Notes under the pieces: generated by a model | The model's database searches: none | The model's input: the letters and a program-made list of their open reading frames with translations, nothing else | What the model was told of the DNA's origin: nothing | Part shown: positions 30,250-39,735 of the stretch, in pieces | Layout: each line of letters begins with the position of its first letter | Position numbering within the stretch: position 1 is the first letter of the stretch | Assembly (NCBI GenBank): GCA_020438865.1 | Contig: JAGQTU010000011.1 | Location: 8,599 to 72,598, forward strand | Direction: 5' to 3' | Source: Mycobacterium sp. | Lineage (GTDB): Bacteria; Actinomycetota; Actinomycetes; Mycobacteriales; Mycobacteriaceae | DNA length: 64,000 nucleotides | Program-made: the position numbers and the translations under genes

Positions 30250-31009
30250 CCAGGGCCGCGCGTGCCGCGGCGATGGTCTGCCGGGCGTACCCGGCGCCGA
30301 ACAGCACGACATGCGCCAGCAGGGGATACAACTGATGTAGCGCAACACGATCCGGCCAGCCGGCCCGCAACGGATGCACGTCGCCGTAGCCCTCGCGGAC
30401 GGCGTCGAGGAACGGAAAGCCGAACAGGGCGAGCATGGCCAGATCGGTCTCGCGATGCCCGCCGTGGGCGGCCGGGTCGATGAGCACCGCGCCCGCTGGT
30501 GTCCACATGACGTTGCCGCTCCAGAGGTCCCCGTGCAGCCGGGCCGGGACGTCGTCATCGTCGAAATGCCCGTCGCGGCATCGGTCCGCGACCCGCTCGA
30601 GCACAGCCCAGCCGTCCGGCCCGAGCCGGTCTGCGGCCGGCTCGAGCATCGGCAGCAGCCGCTCGTCGGCGTAGAACGAACCCCAGCGCGAGTGCGCCCG
30701 CAGCGTCATCGGCAGCGGATGGTGCAGTGGCCCGAAGAATCCCGGTCCCTGCCAGCCGTCGGGCGCGGCGCCGAAGCCGGCGGCACCGCTGTCGTGGGTG
30801 ACCGCCAGCCGACGCCCGAATTCCCGCGCGGCCTCGCTGGTGGGCGCCGTCACCGAGAGCCGTTGCAGGGTCAAGCCGGTGGGGTCGCAGCCCAGCACCG
30901 GCGCGCACGGCACACCGCCCTCGGCGGCCGACAGCCACCGCAGACCGGCCGCCTCACAGGCGAAGAATCCCGGCGGTGCGTCGGGGTTGCGTTTGACGAA
31001 CTCGTTCAC
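30242..31009 (-). CDS. Fructosamine kinase family protein
   Basis: FACEAAGLRWL, RLHGDLWSGNV, IDPAAHGGHRETDLAML. Confidence 0.88.
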   Translation of the reverse strand: MNEFVKRNPDAPPGFFACEAAGLRWLSAAEGGVPCAPVLGCDPTGLTLQRLSVTAPTSEAAREFGRRLAVTHDSGAAGFGAAPDGWQGPGFFGPLHHPLPMTLRAHSRWGSFYADERLLPMLEPAADRLGPDGWAVLERVADRCRDGHFDDDDVPARLHGDLWSGNVMWTPAGAVLIDPAAHGGHRETDLAMLALFGFPFLDAVREGYGDVHPLRAGWPDRVALHQLYPLLAHVVLFGAGYARQTIAAARAALAS

Positions 31010-31025
31010 CCGGGCACCGGCGCGC

Positions 31026-31850
31026 TCAGCGCTGCCCGAACATCTTGCTCAGCAACAGATCACGCAACCGGGTGGGCAGCTTGGGAAGCAGCGCCATCTG
31101 CACCGCCGGCCCGATGCCGACCGGATACCGGGGACGCGGCGACGGTGCGGTGAGCGCCTTCTCGACCACCCGGGCCACCCGGTCCGGGTGCACCGCGAGC
31201 CGCTGCGACATGGGTATCGACTTCCGCATTCCGGCGATGTGTCTGGCATACAGTGCCCGATGCCGGGGCGACATCGCGGCCTCCATCTCGTCGACGCTGC
31301 GATCCGCCTGCCGCCACAGGTCGGTGTCGGTCTGGGCCGGCTCGACGACGCTCACGGCGATGCCCCAGGGACGCAGTTCCACCCGCAACGCGTCCGCGGC
31401 CGCCTCCAGCGCGAACTTGGACGCGCTGTAGGCGCCGAGGAGCGGAAGCGAAACCTTGCCGTTGACACTGGAGATGAACACGATGCGGCCACGCGACTCC
31501 CGTAACAACGGCAGCACCGCCGCGGTCACGGCGAGCTGTCCGACGACATTGACGTCGAGTTGACGGCGCACCTCGGCCGCCGACAACGCCTCGAGGGGTC
31601 CGCTGACGGCGATGCCCGCGTTGTTCACCACGGCGTCGAGCCGTCCGGGTATCGAGTCGGGCAGGCCGGCCACCTGGTCGTCGTCGGTGACGTCCAGCAG
31701 GACGGCCGACACTCGGGGCAGCCGATCGAACTGCCGCGCGTCACCCGCGGTGCGCACGGCGGCGATGACGTCCCAGCCGCGCTCGGCCAGGTAAGTCACG
31801 ATGGATCGGCCGATTCCGCGCGAGGCGCCGGTGACCAGCACTGTGGGCAT
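31026..31850 (-). CDS. Short-chain dehydrogenase/reductase
   Basis: TGASRGIG, NNAG, YSASK. Confidence 0.9.
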   Translation of the reverse strand: MPTVLVTGASRGIGRSIVTYLAERGWDVIAAVRTAGDARQFDRLPRVSAVLLDVTDDDQVAGLPDSIPGRLDAVVNNAGIAVSGPLEALSAAEVRRQLDVNVVGQLAVTAAVLPLLRESRGRIVFISSVNGKVSLPLLGAYSASKFALEAAADALRVELRPWGIAVSVVEPAQTDTDLWRQADRSVDEMEAAMSPRHRALYARHIAGMRKSIPMSQRLAVHPDRVARVVEKALTAPSPRPRYPVGIGPAVQMALLPKLPTRLRDLLLSKMFGQR

Positions 31851-31860
31851 GTTCGACTCC

Positions 31861-32559
31861 CTAGTTCTCGGCCGGTGCGGACGGCACCGGGCGGGGTCCG
31901 TGGCGGAAGATGGCCAGACTGGCGGCGATGGTGAGGGCGGCCAGCCCGATCACCGGGGCGACGGTGAACCGCGACATGGTGGCACCTACGACGGCGCCGG
32001 CGCACATCGTCAAAACCACGCCGAAGCGCAGCTTCTCGCGCTGACCGGTGCCGCCGGCGAGTCGGCTGTCCACACCGATGCCGACGATGGTGGACGTCAG
32101 CACGGTGGTGCTGAGTTCCTGAATGCCGAACTGCCGGGCGGCCGCGTTCTGCGCACCGAATACCACCGCCAGTCCCGCGATCAGGATGAGCTTGCGGTTG
32201 TCGTGGTAGTCCAGGACACCGGTGCCCGCCGCCACGGCCAGCGCGGTCATCAGCACCACCTCGGTGCCCAGCGCGGCGGTGAGCCATACCCGCACCTCGT
32301 AGTCGAGGTGGCGGGCGAAGCGGCCGCCGAGCACCGTGCCGAACAGAAAGCTGACGAAGGCGACCACCGCGGCGGTCAGGTCGACGCCGGAATGCGGGAC
32401 GAACCAGAAACCCAGGAAGATGACGTTGCCGGTCATGTTGGCGACGAAGACGTGGCCGAGGACCAGCACGCTGATCGCGTCCACCAGGCCGGTGGCGAAA
32501 GTGAGCAACAGCAGCGCAGCGACGGTGAATCGCGGCGAGACCGGCGAATCGACAGCCAC
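31861..32559 (-). CDS. YoaK/DUF1275 family membrane protein
   Basis: TGLVDAIS, FVANMTGNV, GAQN, TTVLTS motifs. Confidence 0.85.
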   Translation of the reverse strand: MAVDSPVSPRFTVAALLLLTFATGLVDAISVLVLGHVFVANMTGNVIFLGFWFVPHSGVDLTAAVVAFVSFLFGTVLGGRFARHLDYEVRVWLTAALGTEVVLMTALAVAAGTGVLDYHDNRKLILIAGLAVVFGAQNAAARQFGIQELSTTVLTSTIVGIGVDSRLAGGTGQREKLRFGVVLTMCAGAVVGATMSRFTVAPVIGLAALTIAASLAIFRHGPRPVPSAPAEN

Positions 32560-32575
32560 GGCAACCGGTTCCGGG

Positions 32576-33232
32576 TCAGAGCTTCGGGGTGAGGTCCAGC
32601 GAGGTCACGGTGGTCATCTTGGTGACCAACCAGCGGGAGCCCTCACGCCTGAGTTGCAGGCGGTAGGACAGGTAGCGCAGCGACGGGATGTTCTTGGTGA
32701 GCGGGCTGTTGGAGGTGGTGTTGGTGAAAACGATTGCGGTGGCCTCGTTTCCGCGCAACGACTCCACCGCCACCCCGACCACCTGGGTGCTGTTGGTCAC
32801 CTTTGCCTGCTTGTTGGTCGGCACGATGGCATCGACGTACTTGCGGTACTGCTCCTCGAAGTCACCGGAGAGGTACTTCGACGACCGGTCGGCGAGCTTG
32901 TCCATATCGTCGGGGGTGTAGGTCCACAGCGTGGTGATCGCGTTGGCGGCGGTGCGGGCGATCTCCAGTTTGGTGTCCACCGTGGCGCGATCCACCAGGT
33001 ACGGCTGGACGGTGGCACCGGCGAACGCCCCCGCCGCCACGAACAGCACCACCGACGCGATCACCGCGACCCGGTTCTTGTTGCGGGTCAGCCACTTTCG
33101 GGCGCCAGAGGGCTTCTTGGCGGGCGCCCCATCCGCCGCCTCGTCGACCGCGGTGTCCTCGGCCGGCGCGGAATCCTGCTCGTCGGGTGTTCCGTCGGTC
33201 AGATCACCTGAAGCAGGTTGCTGATCTTCCAC
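32576..33232 (-). CDS. mam1D: Mce-associated membrane protein Mam1D (Rv0178 homologue)
   Basis: Acidic N-terminus, one TM, Mam domain; last gene of the mce1 operon. Confidence 0.85.
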   Translation of the reverse strand: MEDQQPASGDLTDGTPDEQDSAPAEDTAVDEAADGAPAKKPSGARKWLTRNKNRVAVIASVVLFVAAGAFAGATVQPYLVDRATVDTKLEIARTAANAITTLWTYTPDDMDKLADRSSKYLSGDFEEQYRKYVDAIVPTNKQAKVTNSTQVVGVAVESLRGNEATAIVFTNTTSNSPLTKNIPSLRYLSYRLQLRREGSRWLVTKMTTVTSLDLTPKL

Positions 33233-33747
33233 TGCTCACCTTCCTTGGTTGCGGTGACCACCCAGCGGTTGCCGCTCTCGATGGTCTTACCGTCCGGCAG
33301 CTTGGTCCGGGTCAGCGCCGCCACCACCACGTCGGCGCTGCCGTCGGAGTTCCACCGCTCGATGCCGATGTCCTGCACGGACCCCGTGGTGGGTTCCGCC
33401 CGCGCCACCTGGATGACGACCTCGTTCATCTTGTCCTGGTACAGCTTGGCGAACTGGCCGGTCCCGAAGGCCAGCACCTTGTCGGCATAGTCGTTGGCGT
33501 GGAACGGGTCCGGCGAGGTGTACTGCGTGATGAAGGACCGCACGAAGTAGAGCACGGCGGCCTCCCGCTGCTCGGCCCGGATGTGGGACTGCCGCTTCAC
33601 CAGCACCAGTGCGCTGACCGTCACCGCGGCGACGATGGCGACGGCGGCGATCCCGGCGACCAGCGGAAGCACCCAGCGGCGCGGCCGCGGTTCGGGCAGG
33701 CGGAACAGCTCGGGGCGGTCCGGTTCGACGCGGCGACGCGGGCTCAT
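33199..33747 (-). CDS. mam1C: Mce-associated membrane protein Mam1C (Rv0177 homologue)
   Basis: MSPRRR start overlapping the upstream TGA; TM plus Mam domain. Confidence 0.85.
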   Translation of the reverse strand: MSPRRRVEPDRPELFRLPEPRPRRWVLPLVAGIAAVAIVAAVTVSALVLVKRQSHIRAEQREAAVLYFVRSFITQYTSPDPFHANDYADKVLAFGTGQFAKLYQDKMNEVVIQVARAEPTTGSVQDIGIERWNSDGSADVVVAALTRTKLPDGKTIESGNRWVVTATKEGEQWKISNLLQVI

Positions 33748-34730
33748 CAGCCCTGCCCCGGGTTCGGCCTGGCCAGCACCGTAAGGTCGGCCACCTGCCA
33801 CTGGTCGGCCGCGGACTTCTCGAAGTCCACCCGCACCGTGGCGGTGATCAGCCGGGCCTTGTCGGCGGCGCCCCGCTGGCCCTGCAGCAGGATCAGCATC
33901 GCGGCGTGGTCGGCGGTGTTGCTGAGCACCGCGCTGTTTGTCGACCAGTAGTCGTTGTCGACCGGACCGGCCTTGCGCACCGCATCCTGTTGGGCCACCA
34001 GCTGCGGACGGTAGGCGTCGGTGACGAGCGTCTGCGCGCGGGCGAAGTCATCGTCAAGACTGGCTTTTTGGTAACTGAGCATCTTGGCCACGATCTGCGG
34101 GCCCTGCACCGCGATCTCCTCACGGGCCCGGTCGTTGTTCAGGTCGTGGCGGTAGATGAACAGGTAGCCCAGCGCGGCGGCCGACACGGCGACCACCGCG
34201 GTGGCGCCCAGCGTGGCACCGGCGACCCGGCGGCGATCCGGCCGATCACCCTCGACGCGGCGCACCTCGGTTCGGACGAGCAGGTCGGCGAAGGTGCGGC
34301 CGCGGGAATCCCACAGCGGCCAGAACCAGCCGATGAACAGAGCGGCGGTGTCCAGCAGATGGGCCAGGTCGCGCAGCAGCAGCAGCCACGGGCCGGCCGG
34401 CGATCCGTCCCGGCGGACCACCCGGATCCCGAACACCGAACGGCCGAGGCTCCATCCGGTGGTGGCGGGCAGCAACAGCCGATTGACGGCCATCGCCAGG
34501 AACACCACCGCGCCCGCTCCGAGCGCCAGCCACCACAGCCAGCCGCGGGCCGGCGCCGCCGAGGCCAGCAAGACGACCGCCGCCAACACCCCGACGCCGG
34601 CCAGGACGTCGATGGCGAAGGCGCCCGCGCGGGCGGGCCAGCCGGCCGGCACCGCGGCGTGCGCGGTGTCGTCGGCCCCGGCGGATTCGGTGGCGGCTCC
34701 GCTCGGGTCCACGTCCAGCGCCACCGTCAC
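33747..34730 (-). CDS. mam1B: RDD-domain Mce-associated protein Mam1B (Rv0176 homologue)
   Basis: RAGAFAIDV...GWSLGR...RTFADLL RDD motifs plus Mam domain. Confidence 0.88.
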   Translation of the reverse strand: MTVALDVDPSGAATESAGADDTAHAAVPAGWPARAGAFAIDVLAGVGVLAAVVLLASAAPARGWLWWLALGAGAVVFLAMAVNRLLLPATTGWSLGRSVFGIRVVRRDGSPAGPWLLLLRDLAHLLDTAALFIGWFWPLWDSRGRTFADLLVRTEVRRVEGDRPDRRRVAGATLGATAVVAVSAAALGYLFIYRHDLNNDRAREEIAVQGPQIVAKMLSYQKASLDDDFARAQTLVTDAYRPQLVAQQDAVRKAGPVDNDYWSTNSAVLSNTADHAAMLILLQGQRGAADKARLITATVRVDFEKSAADQWQVADLTVLARPNPGQG

Positions 34731-35401
34731 TTACTCACCTGGTCGAGCTTCGCGATCTTGTAGACGCCGCCGTCCGGGGCCATCCGCACCCGGAGCCGGT
34801 AGCCCTGCTCCTGATCCTGGGCCTGGGTGTTGGACACCCGGATGCGCATGGCGACCAGGATGTCCATCGAGCCGTCGTCGTTGTGGCGCTCCACCGCGGC
34901 TCGCATGTCGGAGACCTTCACCTGCACGTTGGCCGCCTGGTAGGCGTCCACCAGCAGGCCGCTGTACAGCACCGCCTGCGCGCCGAAGTCACCGGTGGCG
35001 CATTCGATGATCTTCTGCTGGCTGGCCGCCATCGCGCTGGCGTCGGGGGCCTGGGTGGCGGCCACACAGTCCTTGGCCGCCGCCAGCGCTGCCGACTCGG
35101 CCCGGGCGGCCGCGACACTGTGGGCATGCGAGCGGTGCGCCAGATAGCCGCCCACCGCCACCGCGACGCCGGCGAGCAGCAGGACCGCGCAGATCCCGGC
35201 CAGCCAACGACCGCCGTCCAACCGGGACGGGCGCCGAACCGGGTCGGCGGCCGTCACCTCGGCATCGGCCGGTGCGGTCTCGTCGACTGCTGTGGTGACC
35301 TGGTCGTCAATGGCCTCGTCCGCAGCGCTGTGCGCCGCATCGTCGGCCGTTGGGGTGGGCGGGGTCGGGTTCAGCCGGCCGGAGCCAGCATCTCCTTCCA
35401 T
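34727..35401 (-). CDS. mam1A: Mce-associated membrane protein Mam1A (Rv0175 homologue)
   Basis: MEGDAG start; AAKDCVAATQAPD...IIECATGDF. Confidence 0.88.
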   Translation of the reverse strand: MEGDAGSGRLNPTPPTPTADDAAHSAADEAIDDQVTTAVDETAPADAEVTAADPVRRPSRLDGGRWLAGICAVLLLAGVAVAVGGYLAHRSHAHSVAAARAESAALAAAKDCVAATQAPDASAMAASQQKIIECATGDFGAQAVLYSGLLVDAYQAANVQVKVSDMRAAVERHNDDGSMDILVAMRIRVSNTQAQDQEQGYRLRVRMAPDGGVYKIAKLDQVSK

Positions 35402-36921
35402 CCGTCGTCTCCTGTACTGCTCGAATTGCTCACGTTGTATTTCGTACCGTCCGGCCCGACCAGCTCCCCACTGGACGGGGTGTACACGGCGGTGTTACCT
35501 GCTGCCGGAGTGTACGTGCACGGGTTGGGTTGCTGACCGTCACACTGAACCGTACCGGTGCCCGGAGCGCTCAGTGGGTCGCTCGTGATGGGGGCCGGCG
35601 GCGGCAGCATGCTGGCGGGCAGCGGGTTCATCCCGTTGTTGATCGACGGCGCCGGTATGACGAAACCGGGCTTGGGCGGCTGGTTACACCGGGCGGCCGG
35701 GGCCGGGCACTGGACGATCTGGTTGGGGTCGCCGTACCACGGGTTGCTGCCGAGCGGGGTGTAGGGCTCGTTGCTGCGGCATTCGGCCGGTGTCGCGGCC
35801 CGCTTGTTCGGGAAGTCGGCGCAGGGCAGGTTGCGCGCGCCGCGGACCACGTTGGCCGGGGTGTCCTTGGGGATCTTGCAGTACAGCCCGTCGGGCACCG
35901 GCGCCGGACTGGTGTCGGCCGGGGCCCGCCACTCGCTGGCCGGCAGGAAGCCGGTCAGGCAGGGTGGCGGCTGGTTGATGGTCAGGGCGAAGTCCAGCGC
36001 GGCCTGGTTCTTGTACGGGGCGGACACCGCCTCGGCGATCGACGCCCCCTGCGGCAGCATCACCAGGGACTGCTCGACGCCCTTGTTGTAGCGCTTGAGC
36101 ATGTCCAGCACGATCTCGAGGTTCGCCAGCGTCTGCGGCAGCGCCTCACGGACATCGCTGAACACCGCGGTCACCGCGTCGGCGGTCGGCGCGGCGTTCG
36201 CGAGGCCGCTGCGCAGGACGGCGTCCTGGGCCTTGGTCTGCTGGGTCAGGGTGTTCAGGTTGGCTGCCCAGCGCGCGATGGCGTCACCGGAGTTCACCTG
36301 GCTGTCCAGGATTGGCGCCGAGTTGTTGATGATGTCGTTGATGTCGGTGATGTTCGTCTTCAGGTCACCGATGATCGCCTGCGAACCGTCGACCAACCGT
36401 TGCAGCGACGGGCCCAAACCGCCCAGGGCGAGGGCGGTTTCGTTCAGCAGCACCGGGATCTTGTCGGCCGGCAGCGCCGCGAGCCCCTTGTTGGCGGCGT
36501 CGAGGGCGGGACCGATCTCGCGGGGCACGGTGCCCTTGGTGATCGTCTGGCCGTTGCTGAGGTACTTGCCCGTGCTGCCGTCGGACACCAGGTCCAGGTA
36601 CTGCTCACCGACGGCCGACACCGAGTGCACGTTCGCGACGGTGTTCACCGGGATCTTGAACTCGTTGCCGATGCTCATCGTGGCCCGCACACCGGTGTCG
36701 GTCGGCTCCACGTTGGTGACCCGGCCGATCGTGACGCCGCGGTAGGTGACGTTGGCCGTCCGGTACAGCCCGCCCGAGGACGGCAGGTCCGCTTTGAGGG
36801 TGTACTGGCCGACGCCGGCCAGGGTGGGCAGCCGCAGGAAGTACCAGCCGAGCACCACCAGGGCGATCACGGTCAGGACCGCGAACACGATCAACTGGGT
36901 ACGGATGAAGCGGGTCAGCAT
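35371..36921 (-). CDS. mce1F: Mce1F
   Basis: MCE domain (GGLYRTANVTYRGVTIG); Cys/Pro-rich tail; sixth mce gene. Confidence 0.92.
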   Translation of the reverse strand: MLTRFIRTQLIVFAVLTVIALVVLGWYFLRLPTLAGVGQYTLKADLPSSGGLYRTANVTYRGVTIGRVTNVEPTDTGVRATMSIGNEFKIPVNTVANVHSVSAVGEQYLDLVSDGSTGKYLSNGQTITKGTVPREIGPALDAANKGLAALPADKIPVLLNETALALGGLGPSLQRLVDGSQAIIGDLKTNITDINDIINNSAPILDSQVNSGDAIARWAANLNTLTQQTKAQDAVLRSGLANAAPTADAVTAVFSDVREALPQTLANLEIVLDMLKRYNKGVEQSLVMLPQGASIAEAVSAPYKNQAALDFALTINQPPPCLTGFLPASEWRAPADTSPAPVPDGLYCKIPKDTPANVVRGARNLPCADFPNKRAATPAECRSNEPYTPLGSNPWYGDPNQIVQCPAPAARCNQPPKPGFVIPAPSINNGMNPLPASMLPPPAPITSDPLSAPGTGTVQCDGQQPNPCTYTPAAGNTAVYTPSSGELVGPDGTKYNVSNSSSTGDDGWKEMLAPAG

Positions 36922-36934
36922 TGGATCGTCACCC

Positions 36935-38089
36935 TCACTCGCCTCGCTCCACGAACGGTCCGCCCTCGGTCGAGTTCGGATGCGGGGTGAACCGCACGTC
37001 CGGGATCATCGTCTGCGGGTCGCGGCCCCACGACTGCTCGAGCGCGCGCAGCATGCCGGACACACCGGTACCGGTAAGGAACGCGTTGTCGATCGAGCTC
37101 AGCGTGAGGTCGAACGTCGCCGAGGTGTTGATGTAGTCGCCCCGGATGACCTTCGGCACGTTGTCGATCGGGTACGGCGCCGTGAGGACCAGCTTGAGCG
37201 AGTCGATCAGGTATGGCGCACCGCGGGCGAACTGCTTGGCCGGACGCTGCAGCAGTTGCAGGTTGGTGTCGAAGTTCTCCCGCGACTGCGACAGCGCCTG
37301 GTCGGTCACCCGGCTGAACCGTCCCAGTGCCTCCACGGCGCCGGTGAACCGGTCCCGCGCGTCGGCGAAATACTGGATCAGGGGCGGGAATTCGGTGAGC
37401 ACCCGGTCGAGCGTGTTGTTACGCGCCGCGATGATGTTCAGCAGCTCGTTGGTCGAGTCGATCGCCCGGGTCAGGTCCTCGCGCTGCTGGTTGAGCTGAT
37501 CGGTGAACGTGTTCAGCTTGCCCAGGAAGTCGCGGATCTGTTCGGCATTGCCGGACAGGATGTTGTTGACCTCGGTCTGCACCACTTCGAGGTTCGGGAT
37601 GCCGCCGCCGCGCAGCACGGTGGCGATGCTGGCCAGCGTGCGTTCGGTGGTCGGCCACGCCGACGCGTTCTTCAGCGGGATGGTGGCCCCGTTGCGCAGC
37701 GGCTCCGATGACGGGTTCGCCGGCGGCGCCAGTTCGACGTGCTGGGTTCCCAACAGGGAGGTCTGGCCGATCTTCGCGGTCGCGTTGGCGGGCAGCTTGA
37801 TACCGGGTTCGAGATCCAGGGTGAGCGTGGGGATCCAGTTCTTCAACTCGATCGCGCTGACCGAGCCGACGTACACGTCGGCGACCCGGACCCGGCTGTT
37901 GACGTTGAGCGCCAACGTATCCGGCATCTGGACGTAGACCGTCATCTTGTCGCGACCGGTGCCGGGTCCGACCGGCATCGGCACGTTCGCGATACCGCGC
38001 CATCCGCACGACGTCAGCACCATCGCGGTGACGAGCAGGACCAGGCCGCGCCGGCCGAACCGGCGGGTGGCCTTCATCGCGGCGCTCAC
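36935..38089 (-). CDS. mce1E: Mce1E (LprK) lipoprotein
   Basis: Lipobox LTSC; MCE domain LNVNSRVRVADV. Confidence 0.92.
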   Translation of the reverse strand: MSAAMKATRRFGRRGLVLLVTAMVLTSCGWRGIANVPMPVGPGTGRDKMTVYVQMPDTLALNVNSRVRVADVYVGSVSAIELKNWIPTLTLDLEPGIKLPANATAKIGQTSLLGTQHVELAPPANPSSEPLRNGATIPLKNASAWPTTERTLASIATVLRGGGIPNLEVVQTEVNNILSGNAEQIRDFLGKLNTFTDQLNQQREDLTRAIDSTNELLNIIAARNNTLDRVLTEFPPLIQYFADARDRFTGAVEALGRFSRVTDQALSQSRENFDTNLQLLQRPAKQFARGAPYLIDSLKLVLTAPYPIDNVPKVIRGDYINTSATFDLTLSSIDNAFLTGTGVSGMLRALEQSWGRDPQTMIPDVRFTPHPNSTEGGPFVERGE

Positions 38090-39732
38090 TGACCCGATCC
38101 CATCTCGGCGGGCAGCGCCGGGCCGGGCGGAGCCGGTGCGGGCGCGGGTGCGGGCGCTCCACCGTTGATCTGCTGCGACACCGGCAGCGGTCCGGGGATC
38201 ACGCCGGGTGCCGGCGCGGGCGGCGGCGGGGCCCCCGGATACCAGGGCGGCGGCAGCGGATTCGACTGGTCATAGGAGTTCGGCGGTCCGGCGCCGGGCA
38301 GCCCGGGCGGCGGGGTGGACACCCGGTCGGGTCCGCCGTAGAGCTCGGCGAGCGACTCCGGGGTCAGCATGTTGGCGGTGAAGGTCGACACGTCGACACC
38401 CTGCATGCCGGGCGCCACGATCCAGTCGGGTTCGCCGACCCCGGACCGCCACGGCATGAACGAGGAGTTGCCGTGCGAGAACAGCGTGTCCCGCGCCCAG
38501 ATGCCGGGCACCGTGGTGTCCTTCCAGCCGGACGGCGGCTGCAGCCGCGGCTCGGAGTAGGCGACGTACTTGGGCAACGTCTCGGCCGTCGAGAACTGGT
38601 TCACGCCGAACGGCGGGAAGTTGAACTTGATGGCGTCGAGGATCGGTGCCAGGTACTCGGCGCACAACTCCGCCGAATCCTGGTAGCCGAGCCGGCTGCC
38701 CGCCTGAATCGCGCTGCACAGGAACTGCATCGGGTTGGCGAAGCTGGCCACCGTCGGCACCGACACCAGGGCGCCGTGCGTCGGGTGGTAGATGTTCTGG
38801 AAGTTCGCGCTCAGGTTCGGGTACACGTGCAGCACCGTCTCCAGGCCGTTGCGCGGTTCCGGCTGCAGGATGGCGTTGGTGACCTCGGCGAGGTTGTTGA
38901 TGTCCTTGCTCAGCAGCGAGCCGTTGTCGTCGATGAACTTCCGCGCCGTGGTCAGCAGGGTGTTGATGTCCTTGAGCGCGGTGGCCAGTTCCTGGTCGGA
39001 GTTGGTGAACGAGGTGGTGAAGGTGGCCAGGTCGTTGTTCAGCGCGACGAACTGCTGATCGCTGTTGTGCAGCGCGTTGACGAACAGTGCCAGGCTCTTG
39101 GCCACCGCGAAGAAGTCACCGCGGCCCTCGTTGAGGGCGGTCACCGCGTTCGACAGCGCGGTCAGCGTGGTGTTGATCTGCTTGCCCTTGCCGTCGAGGC
39201 CGTTGGCGAAGGACTCCAGCGCGTCACCGAAGGGACCCTTGGGCTGTTCGGGTGTGGGGCCGAGCTCCGTGATGATGTCGGAGAGCTGGTTGCGCAGGTC
39301 GTCCCACTCCATCGGAATCTGGGTGCGCTCCAGCGGAATCACGGCGTTGTCGGCGAGCACCGGACCGCCGGTGTAGGGCGGACCGAGCTGGATGACGCGG
39401 GAGGCGACCAGGCTCGGATTGAGGATCGTCGCCGTCGCGTCGGCGGGCACCTTGTACTTGTTCGAGTACCGGAAGGTGACCTTCATCTTGTCGCCGGCCG
39501 GCTCGATCTTCTCGATGTTGCCGACCTGGACGCCCATGATCTGGACGCGGTCGCCCGGGTACAGGGCCAGGGCGTTGCTGAAGTAGGCGACGACGGTGTT
39601 GGTGGTCAGCTTTTGGTAGAGCTGATAGCCGACGAACGCGGCGATGATGCCGAGGATGACGACCACCGTCCCGATCACCACGGAGGCACGGGACAGGCCG
39701 GAGAGCCGCATCCGATTCACGACATTCGACAT
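38086..39732 (-). CDS. mce1D: Mce1D
   Basis: MCE domain LYPGDRVQIMGV; Pro-rich tail. Confidence 0.92.
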   Translation of the reverse strand: MSNVVNRMRLSGLSRASVVIGTVVVILGIIAAFVGYQLYQKLTTNTVVAYFSNALALYPGDRVQIMGVQVGNIEKIEPAGDKMKVTFRYSNKYKVPADATATILNPSLVASRVIQLGPPYTGGPVLADNAVIPLERTQIPMEWDDLRNQLSDIITELGPTPEQPKGPFGDALESFANGLDGKGKQINTTLTALSNAVTALNEGRGDFFAVAKSLALFVNALHNSDQQFVALNNDLATFTTSFTNSDQELATALKDINTLLTTARKFIDDNGSLLSKDINNLAEVTNAILQPEPRNGLETVLHVYPNLSANFQNIYHPTHGALVSVPTVASFANPMQFLCSAIQAGSRLGYQDSAELCAEYLAPILDAIKFNFPPFGVNQFSTAETLPKYVAYSEPRLQPPSGWKDTTVPGIWARDTLFSHGNSSFMPWRSGVGEPDWIVAPGMQGVDVSTFTANMLTPESLAELYGGPDRVSTPPPGLPGAGPPNSYDQSNPLPPPWYPGAPPPPAPAPGVIPGPLPVSQQINGGAPAPAPAPAPPGPALPAEMGSGQ

Positions 39733-39735
39733 CGA

